A DNA stretch of 64,000 nt from a virus. The stretch lies in the IMG/VR virus record IMGVR_UViG_3300032238_000336, positions 1-64,000 of that record; one strand, given 5' to 3'. The number at the start of each line of letters is the position of its first letter. The first letter of the stretch is position 1. Shown here in pieces: positions 27,000 through 34,182 of the stretch. The translations under genes were made by a program, and so were the position numbers. Below the pieces are notes generated by a model. That model had not been told where the DNA came from. It did not search any database and saw only the letters and a list, made by a program, of their open reading frames with translations.

Positions 27000-27557
27000 T
27001 TATGCGTATGCGTTTGCTTGGATTTCAGTAATATGAATTTTATTCGCACCACTTCCTGCATTATATGCAGCAACTTTTGTAACTTTACGAATTTCACCAA
27101 CTGGACTAGTAACTGTAGTAATTCCAGAAGTATTCCAATTCACAGTCATTCTTGTATTATGGTAACTATCATAAGATGTGCTAGTTTCAATACTATCTAC
27201 TGTAGTAAAAATAGTATTTACACCAACTGGGGATGCTCCACTAATTGATACCACATCACCAACCGCAAATCCTGCAGCAGTTCCAGGTTCAAAAATAATT
27301 GTTGTAGATGATCCGGTTTGAATTCCAATAAAAGATCTAGACCCCCACTCCTGTTTAATAACTACAGTATCTCCTCCGGCAACCCAAATACTCGATACAT
27401 TATCTACTTGTGGATTTGGGTTGATTTCAATGTAAGCACTATCTTCTGGAGTAATACGAAGATATCCTGTTTTCATTGCAATCGGAATGGAAGTTGAAAT
27501 TCCACCGGAAGACGCAATAGAAATAGTGGGTATTTTTTGAACGATTTTGAAAGACAT
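27000..27557 (-). CDS. Hypothetical, probably virion-associated protein
   Basis: Ser/Thr/Gly-rich beta-type sequence in the head cluster, preceded by a late promoter. Confidence 0.7.
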   Translation of the reverse strand: MSFKIVQKIPTISIASSGGISTSIPIAMKTGYLRITPEDSAYIEINPNPQVDNVSSIWVAGGDTVVIKQEWGSRSFIGIQTGSSTTIIFEPGTAAGFAVGDVVSISGASPVGVNTIFTTVDSIETSTSYDSYHNTRMTVNWNTSGITTVTSPVGEIRKVTKVAAYNAGSGANKIHITEIQANAYA

Positions 27558-27578
27558 TATAATATACTAGTTATTAGT

Positions 27579-27586
27579 TATTTATA
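27579..27586 (-). promoter_or_regulatory. T4-type late promoter
   Basis: Exact TATAAATA. Confidence 0.7.
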
Positions 27587-27604
27587 AATGGAGATAAATA
27601 TCAA

Positions 27605-27829
27605 CTATTCTTCATCCTCATCTTCTTCATCCTCATCTTCATACTCGTCATTTTCATAATCATCATCATAATCTTCTTCATCTACTTCTTGACCAAACAT
27701 AGAAGCAGATACTTGAGGAACTACCTCATTGATTTTTTCTGCTGATTTAGTATAAAGAATTTCTTTAATCTTATCTGAAATATCAGAAGGAGATTGATTA
27801 GTTGCAATTAAATTCACTAAGTCTTCCAT
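27605..27829 (-). CDS. Small acidic prohead core protein (gp67-like position)
   Basis: SPSDISDKIKEILYTKSAEKI followed by an Asp/Glu tail; directly after the portal gene. Confidence 0.7.
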   Translation of the reverse strand: MEDLVNLIATNQSPSDISDKIKEILYTKSAEKINEVVPQVSASMFGQEVDEEDYDDDYENDEYEDEDEEDEDEE

Positions 27830-27858
27830 TTGTTGTAATTAAATATCAGTTCTATTTA

Positions 27859-29544
27859 TCAAATTTGACCTATATCTTTACCTGCACTCATTCCTCCATT
27901 ACCAACTTCTGGTTCTTGGATTGGAGCACCCATTGCAGGAGGTTGTCCTTCTGCAGGAGGTTGTGCTCCCATATCAGGTGGCATCATCATTGCCTTAGGG
28001 TCTGCAATTACTCCTTCTTCAATTTCTTTTTTAATTTGTTTATCAATATCTAAAATTTCACTATCAGATTGACCTAATATATTTTTTCTTATATATTCTG
28101 CTGAAAAATAACGACCAACATAAGGTTCCATTGCTGCAACGACACCTAGTTTGTCATTCATTATTTCATTTTTTTTCAAATCAGCAAAGTGATTATCATA
28201 TAAAAAATCAAATTGAATATGGTCCGAAAGAAATTCCCAATCTTCAGGAGTAACAATATTTTTAAGAATAAGTTGCGTCTTTAGTAAATCTATAAAAATT
28301 TGAGAGAACCTTTTTCGTAATCTTCCCACAAATCTAGTGAACTTAAGTTCATCTCTGAGAATTTCAGAAGAACGACCAAGATTAAATCCTCCTCCTGCAT
28401 CTAGACGAGTTGATGGTACCCCCAAAGCTTTAAAAAGTTTTCTTTGGAAATACTCAATATCAGCCAGTTCCCCTAAATTCTGTCCTGCTGGAAGAGTAGT
28501 AACTTCTGTTCCTCTACCTCCATCTTTACGGGGCAACCAGTAATCTTCAAGCATAGCCATATATTTTCTATCATCACGAATTTCACCAGTATCTGCATTA
28601 TACACTAGTTTATTTCGATATCTATTCATCACATCTCTCATATATTGCTCTGCCTTAATCTTTGGAAGATTGCCGACATCAATATAAAAAATTCTTTTTT
28701 CTGAACTTCTAGATAGTCTGTAAATAACAATACTATCTTCAATCATTCTTAACTGATTAAGTGCTTTAATTGCTTTATGTAAATAAGACAATACAGTTTG
28801 ACGATTTCTGTCTACTAATCCCGATGTAACGTATACAACAGAATCGGCAGATAACTTAATTGCTTGAGATTGACTAAAACTACTTTGAATATTAGTTTGA
28901 GTTGACCCCTTACCTATATTTGGATCATACAAATAATATTCTTCTATTTCAGGAGAAATATAATTCTGGTCTGTATTTTGTTTAAGAAGAGTACTTACTT
29001 GCTTACTTAGTGTATTTTGTTGTCCTGGTTTTTTAAGTTTTCTAACTAATTTAATTTTAAGAGCATCAATATATCTAATTTCTTTTATTCCATCAGAAGG
29101 TCTTTTTATATCAATTACTTTATGATAAAAAAGTCTTCCATCCACATACCAATTTCTAAAAATTTCGTGTGCTTTTTTATCAAAATCCATAGCCTCTTTG
29201 AGGTATCTGAATTCTTTTCGAATAATTTCTTTTAATTTATCAGATGCTGGTAAATTTGATAGTTCAATCTCTATTGGACTATCATTTAAATCTGATACAA
29301 TTGCTTCATTAATTACATCTTCAATAGCACTATCACATTCTGGGTGTAGAGCCATCTCTCTATATCTTCTCACCAAGTCTGCTTCGTTTTTAAAAACTCC
29401 TTCTATATCTACATATTGCCCGTAAAATCCACTTTGAATATAATAATCGGATTTATCTTCATCATTACGAGGAACTGGAGAAAGAATTTGTTTAGATTTA
29501 TCTTCCCCAGTTCCTTCAATTTTAAAACCAAATATTTTAGACAT
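27859..29544 (-). CDS. gp20: Portal protein (T4 gp20)
   Basis: YREMALHPECDSAIEDVINEAIV, WYVDGR, RIFYIDVGNLPK, EDYWLPR..GGRGTEVTTLP. Confidence 0.97.
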   Translation of the reverse strand: MSKIFGFKIEGTGEDKSKQILSPVPRNDEDKSDYYIQSGFYGQYVDIEGVFKNEADLVRRYREMALHPECDSAIEDVINEAIVSDLNDSPIEIELSNLPASDKLKEIIRKEFRYLKEAMDFDKKAHEIFRNWYVDGRLFYHKVIDIKRPSDGIKEIRYIDALKIKLVRKLKKPGQQNTLSKQVSTLLKQNTDQNYISPEIEEYYLYDPNIGKGSTQTNIQSSFSQSQAIKLSADSVVYVTSGLVDRNRQTVLSYLHKAIKALNQLRMIEDSIVIYRLSRSSEKRIFYIDVGNLPKIKAEQYMRDVMNRYRNKLVYNADTGEIRDDRKYMAMLEDYWLPRKDGGRGTEVTTLPAGQNLGELADIEYFQRKLFKALGVPSTRLDAGGGFNLGRSSEILRDELKFTRFVGRLRKRFSQIFIDLLKTQLILKNIVTPEDWEFLSDHIQFDFLYDNHFADLKKNEIMNDKLGVVAAMEPYVGRYFSAEYIRKNILGQSDSEILDIDKQIKKEIEEGVIADPKAMMMPPDMGAQPPAEGQPPAMGAPIQEPEVGNGGMSAGKDIGQI

Positions 29545-29575
29545 TAGTTATAATAAAATTCAAATATAATATTAT

Positions 29576-30214
29576 TTATGCAGTCTCGCCAGTACCAAGC
29601 ATACTTGCATCAGAGTTTGCTTCATAAGTATCCCACCATTGATATTCAAATGTCACTGAAAACTCTTCAATTGCATCTGTAGTATCATAAGATAATCCAA
29701 TAGCACTAATATCTGTAGGAAATGCTCCATAAAATTTATAACTCTTATGGATAGGAATTTCATCTCCAGTTCCAGGAAGAGTACTGGAATATTCAAGCCC
29801 TCTACCTAACTGATGAACTAACATATTTGTTTGATATTCACTAGGAGTAATAACACCTGCATTATCATCATTACGGTTCATAAAATTCATCCACTTTTCA
29901 AATGAATTTCTTAATATAAAATTAGTATCGTTGATAACCGTAATAGTCCAGGGAGCAAAAGTTCTATCTCCAGAAACTTTCAACTGCCTTCCTCTAAATG
30001 GAACGCTAATAGCACTTACGGTTGATCCTGGAAGTTCTGCGCCTTTAACCATAAATCTATATAAGTCACCATTAGGTCCCGTTGAATTGACATCAGTTAA
30101 TCCAGTAGGAAAGTTTAAAACTACTTCAAAAAGGTTAGGTCTTGCGCCTCCTCCGACTAATCTAGATTTGAAATCAGTAATAGTTCTTGTATTGTATCCA
30201 CCTATTGAAGCCAT
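29576..30214 (-). CDS. gp19: Tail tube protein (T4 gp19)
   Basis: GGGARPNLFEV...VPFRGR...GDRTF..WTITVIND...IEEFSVTFEYQWW. Confidence 0.95.
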   Translation of the reverse strand: MASIGGYNTRTITDFKSRLVGGGARPNLFEVVLNFPTGLTDVNSTGPNGDLYRFMVKGAELPGSTVSAISVPFRGRQLKVSGDRTFAPWTITVINDTNFILRNSFEKWMNFMNRNDDNAGVITPSEYQTNMLVHQLGRGLEYSSTLPGTGDEIPIHKSYKFYGAFPTDISAIGLSYDTTDAIEEFSVTFEYQWWDTYEANSDASMLGTGETA

Positions 30215-30232
30215 TTTGAATCCTCCTTTTAA

Positions 30233-30256
30233 ATTAGATTAGATTAGATTAGATTA
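30233..30256. repeat. Pentanucleotide tandem repeat (ATTAG)4+ATTA starting at the gp18 stop codon
   Basis: attagattagattagattagatta between gp18 and gp19. Confidence 0.9.
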
Positions 30257-32377
30257 AACCGTACCTACAATCTCAGAGAATGATACTCCGGTTCTTGTAG
30301 CAACAAATGTAAGATTGACAAAGTTAATAGACCTAGCAGGTTTAATATAAATATCTGCTTTAAATTGATTTGAATCAATAACATCTGGAGTATTATTACT
30401 TTCATCACAAACGATTTGGAAATCAGTAATACCTCTTTTTGCTTTAATATCACGGAGATATGGCTCAACGATATTTACAAAATTATTTCTTGTAATTGTA
30501 TCGTTGAATTCAAATAACTGACTTCTTGCTACTCTTCCAATTTGATTTTCAATAGTAAGGAATAGTCTACGAACGTTAATTCTATCAAATGCAGATACAA
30601 CATTAGAAGCTGTTTTATCCCCAAATAAAATAATTCCTTGACCTGGAGAAGCAATAACTGGATTTATTGCATTAGAGTAAAGCAAATCTCTTTGACTTTG
30701 AGATGGGTTATATGCAAGTTTAATTGCATTATTAATTACACCTCTGTTTGCTCCTGCGGGAGAATACCAAGGATACTGGACAATCGAAGTTCTAGCCATT
30801 AATCCTGCAACATCAGAATTGCAAGGAAGGTATAAAAATTGACTATTAAATCTATCGTAAGTATACTTGTGTCCACTATCAAATACAGCATAATTACTTG
30901 GAGTAATACCGGAAAAGAAATTTATAATATTTGCCGTTTGTACATTACTATCTGCAGTATTCAATACAGCTTCTTTTGGTGCAGATATAACTGCAATACA
31001 ATCTTTTCTAGTAGTTGCTATGTTGATTAATTCATTTGCCTTAGATTGACACTCTACTGAAGTAATTCCACCAGAAGGACCTGCAAGTAAGAAATCAATT
31101 TTATATTCTGCAGGATTTGAAAATACTCTATATCCAGTAACAATATCATTTAAAGTTACTCCATAGTTTCCTATTCCATTTGTATAATCAGTTCCACCTG
31201 TTAGAGAATATGATTTATTTCCAACACCAGAGAATGTAGTTCCTTGAGTTAAAGTTCCCCAATTTCCAGTATTTCCTGCCACATTAGAATATAATGTATC
31301 AAATCCAGTAGCAACTCCGTCTTCATTCTCTCCTACAAAAAGATAAGCAGAGTTTTCTGCAATATAGTTTTTATAGTAGATTTGTTGAGCAGGAGATAAC
31401 TTACCATCAATTGCTTTAGATAAATTTGGAAACTTTTCTACAATATTTCCAGCGGTTCCAGTAATTGCCCCATCATCATCAACTACTACGATATGAATTT
31501 CATCATTAGTAGAACTTCTTGCACGACCATATTCTGAAGTTCTTGGTTTTTGTGCAATAGATTTCCAATAAATTTTAGAGTTAGATAATCCTAAAGTTTG
31601 ATTATTATACCAATCAGAAGTGGTATATGAAGAAGTAGTTAATACTCCGACTCCGGAGTCATTGTTAATAGTTATACTACCGGAGTTTATAGATGTGATA
31701 GTATTTTCAGAATAATCAACAGTAACATACTCACCAGTAGAATTGCTATATTTTGAAACTATTTTTACATCAATAGAAGAAGTGCCAACTCCGGTAACGA
31801 TACCTTTCAAGAACCCGGTGTCAGTAACAACAGTTCCAACTCCAGCATATGTTGTATTAATTCCTACAGTAACTCCATACCCAACAACTATTGAACTGGT
31901 ATCAATACCACTTACAATTTGGTCTGCATATGCGTCAATAGTGCAAACTTTAAGTCCATTTGCCCAAGAACCTGGATTTCTTGAAGCATAATACCAACCA
32001 GAATAACCATCTGAATGTAAGTTATAATCAACTGCAGAGTTAATTTGTATATCAGTAGACCCACCGCCCACTGCGACATTAGAGTTAGTCAATGCTCCAG
32101 TAGAAGAACTATCGCATCTTACAACTACTAACTCCCCACCATAGCTAAGATAATTAATAGCAGATAGCCAATATTCATTTTGATTATTAGTCAAAATAGG
32201 CTTTCCAAAAATATTCAATAACTCTTGTTCAGTTCTAATACTAACAGGAGTATTTACTGGACCTTTTTGGAATGGACCACAAAGTGCCGCAACCTGAGTA
32301 TTGCCTACTGTTGTTCCCCCTACAGTTAAGTCAACTTCTCTTATATTAACTCCAGGGGACACTAAATTTACTGCCAT
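30254..32377 (-). CDS. gp18: Tail sheath protein (T4 gp18)
   Basis: SPGVNIREVDLT...PWYSPAG..RG...FGDKT...FDRINVRRLF...IKPARSINF. Confidence 0.97.
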   Translation of the reverse strand: MAVNLVSPGVNIREVDLTVGGTTVGNTQVAALCGPFQKGPVNTPVSIRTEQELLNIFGKPILTNNQNEYWLSAINYLSYGGELVVVRCDSSSTGALTNSNVAVGGGSTDIQINSAVDYNLHSDGYSGWYYASRNPGSWANGLKVCTIDAYADQIVSGIDTSSIVVGYGVTVGINTTYAGVGTVVTDTGFLKGIVTGVGTSSIDVKIVSKYSNSTGEYVTVDYSENTITSINSGSITINNDSGVGVLTTSSYTTSDWYNNQTLGLSNSKIYWKSIAQKPRTSEYGRARSSTNDEIHIVVVDDDGAITGTAGNIVEKFPNLSKAIDGKLSPAQQIYYKNYIAENSAYLFVGENEDGVATGFDTLYSNVAGNTGNWGTLTQGTTFSGVGNKSYSLTGGTDYTNGIGNYGVTLNDIVTGYRVFSNPAEYKIDFLLAGPSGGITSVECQSKANELINIATTRKDCIAVISAPKEAVLNTADSNVQTANIINFFSGITPSNYAVFDSGHKYTYDRFNSQFLYLPCNSDVAGLMARTSIVQYPWYSPAGANRGVINNAIKLAYNPSQSQRDLLYSNAINPVIASPGQGIILFGDKTASNVVSAFDRINVRRLFLTIENQIGRVARSQLFEFNDTITRNNFVNIVEPYLRDIKAKRGITDFQIVCDESNNTPDVIDSNQFKADIYIKPARSINFVNLTFVATRTGVSFSEIVGTV

Positions 32378-32413
32378 TTGATTACCTCTTGAAGAAGTCT
32401 ATTTATCTATTGG

Positions 32414-32421
32414 TATTTATA
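32414..32421 (-). promoter_or_regulatory. T4-type late promoter for gp18-19
   Basis: Exact TATAAATA. Confidence 0.75.
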
Positions 32422-32438
32422 AAAAAATAAACTTTCCT

Positions 32439-33611
32439 TTACATATAGTTCCACATATAAGAAGTGTCTTCCTTGCTATCAGCAGTAATCCAAGTATCTC
32501 CATCAGTATCGACAAAAATTTTTTCTTCTTCATTTAGTCCGTCTATTATAAAACCAAACGGTGTCATATCTTGTTCAATTTGGTCTTTCTGTTCTTCATA
32601 TATTCTTTTACGAACATCATTGTTCGTCATTTCTTTAAAATATTCTTGAACTATTAACCAAGAAAAAATTACCAAACACATTGCAAGGTCATCATTATAT
32701 CCATCATCTGCTTCAAAAGAATTATTTTTGCTGATAAATGTGGTAAGTTCACTTATAATATCATAATCTCGTATTAAGAGTTTGTCATCTTCTATAATAG
32801 TTTTAAGATTAGAACAACCTACCCGTTTTACTTGTTTAGACATTTTTATACCAAATTGTGATTTTCTTCCAGAAAACCCTTGACCCACTACTTGGCCTGC
32901 ACGACCTCTCATAGAGCACATCAGAACATTATCATACTCTAAATCCATATGAAGTTCTTTTGCTACTTGCTCTCCAATATCATTTACCTCAATTAAACAA
33001 TATGCGTTGTTATATGACTTTGCAACTTTTTCAATAACTGTTGAATATACAAACGGTTTAATTTCATTATTTCTATATTTTCCCACTACTTTATACGGAA
33101 TATTAGTTATATCAAATATTATAAATGCGTGATAATCATTTTCAGTTCCTCTAGATACATCAACAGTCATTAAATAGTTATGGTCTTCTTTAGGAGTTTC
33201 GTATACATCTAATCCTGCATTTTTAGTAATAGGTTCATCGAATATTAAAGTTTTAAGTTTTGCTGCAGTAACTAAAGTATCAATAGAACCTAAAAAGTTA
33301 CAGTTATGTGATACAATACTATTAGCATAATAGAGATTATTATTCCCTACATCTATGGGGTCATAAAGCCATATACCTTCCTCTACTATTTCATTATACA
33401 CAATTTCTTTACCATCTAATATATCACCAATTTGTAATTGTTCAGCTGTGACTTTAGATTTCCCGAAGGGGTGAGTATTTGAACACTTTATTTCTGTATT
33501 GTCATTAAATATTATCTGATGATAAAAAGGTTTATATACTTTCTGAATTCCTTTAAAATCTACAAACCCAGTTGGAGATAATATTTTATATCCAGAATTT
33601 GATTTAAACAT
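32439..33611 (-). CDS. gp17: Large terminase C-terminal (nuclease) fragment fused to the C-half of a split intein
   Basis: Residues 1-103 are IntC ending VSHN, then CNFLGS and the RNase H-like nuclease motifs VDVSRG, IEVNDIG, DDLAM. Confidence 0.93.
   Translation of the reverse strand: MFKSNSGYKILSPTGFVDFKGIQKVYKPFYHQIIFNDNTEIKCSNTHPFGKSKVTAEQLQIGDILDGKEIVYNEIVEEGIWLYDPIDVGNNNLYYANSIVSHNCNFLGSIDTLVTAAKLKTLIFDEPITKNAGLDVYETPKEDHNYLMTVDVSRGTENDYHAFIIFDITNIPYKVVGKYRNNEIKPFVYSTVIEKVAKSYNNAYCLIEVNDIGEQVAKELHMDLEYDNVLMCSMRGRAGQVVGQGFSGRKSQFGIKMSKQVKRVGCSNLKTIIEDDKLLIRDYDIISELTTFISKNNSFEADDGYNDDLAMCLVIFSWLIVQEYFKEMTNNDVRKRIYEEQKDQIEQDMTPFGFIIDGLNEEEKIFVDTDGDTWITADSKEDTSYMWNYM
33303..33611 (-). mobile_element. 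Split intein C-fragment (IntC, 103 aa, atypically long)
   Basis: KILSPTGF, block B CSNTHPF, block F LYDPIDV, block G YYANSIVSHN followed by Cys+1. Confidence 0.92.
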
Positions 33612-34173
33612 GGTTCCAAGTCTTCCTCTCTATAACTTGTCTGATATTTTGAGGTGTTACTCCATATACTTCAGAATATTTAATAGAAAATAATTGTTCG
33701 TATGACATAATTTTTCCATTTTTCATCTTTTTTCCTACCCCATTTATTTTAATTTTCTGGTCATATAACTGCCTAAGACATATTACGATGGAAGCATCTA
33801 ATTTGGTCGGTCTCCAAACTTTACCTTTCCTAATATTACTAAAATGAGTAATAGTCTCTTCATTAAAGCACCCAGATTTATCTTTATTCCATGGAGTATA
33901 TCCTTTTTTTACTCCACCAATACCCTTCCTACTATATGATTCAAATCCCTCTCCACCTGGAGACCTATTCCATCCATCAGAATATGTATTATATTCTGAA
34001 ATAAATTCTATTTCTTTTAATTTAGCAATATTTTTATCTTCTGTTGAAAATATAATTTTAAATTCATGTAAATCTTTAGTATTTTTATGAGCACATCTTC
34101 TCTTATTTGGATTAATTGTTTGTCCAATATATTTAATTATATTATCTTGTTTCAAAGCGTAAATATAGTACAT
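33604..34173 (-). CDS. Free-standing GIY-YIG homing endonuclease between the split-intein halves
   Basis: YIY...YIGQT...R..H...E..FI...GWN..PGG catalytic domain; NUMOD-like KKGYTPWNK...EET; C-terminal HTH-like YGVTPQNIRQVI..KTW. Confidence 0.9.
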   Translation of the reverse strand: MYYIYALKQDNIIKYIGQTINPNKRRCAHKNTKDLHEFKIIFSTEDKNIAKLKEIEFISEYNTYSDGWNRSPGGEGFESYSRKGIGGVKKGYTPWNKDKSGCFNEETITHFSNIRKGKVWRPTKLDASIVICLRQLYDQKIKINGVGKKMKNGKIMSYEQLFSIKYSEVYGVTPQNIRQVIERKTWNHV

Positions 34174-34182
34174 AGTTTTATT

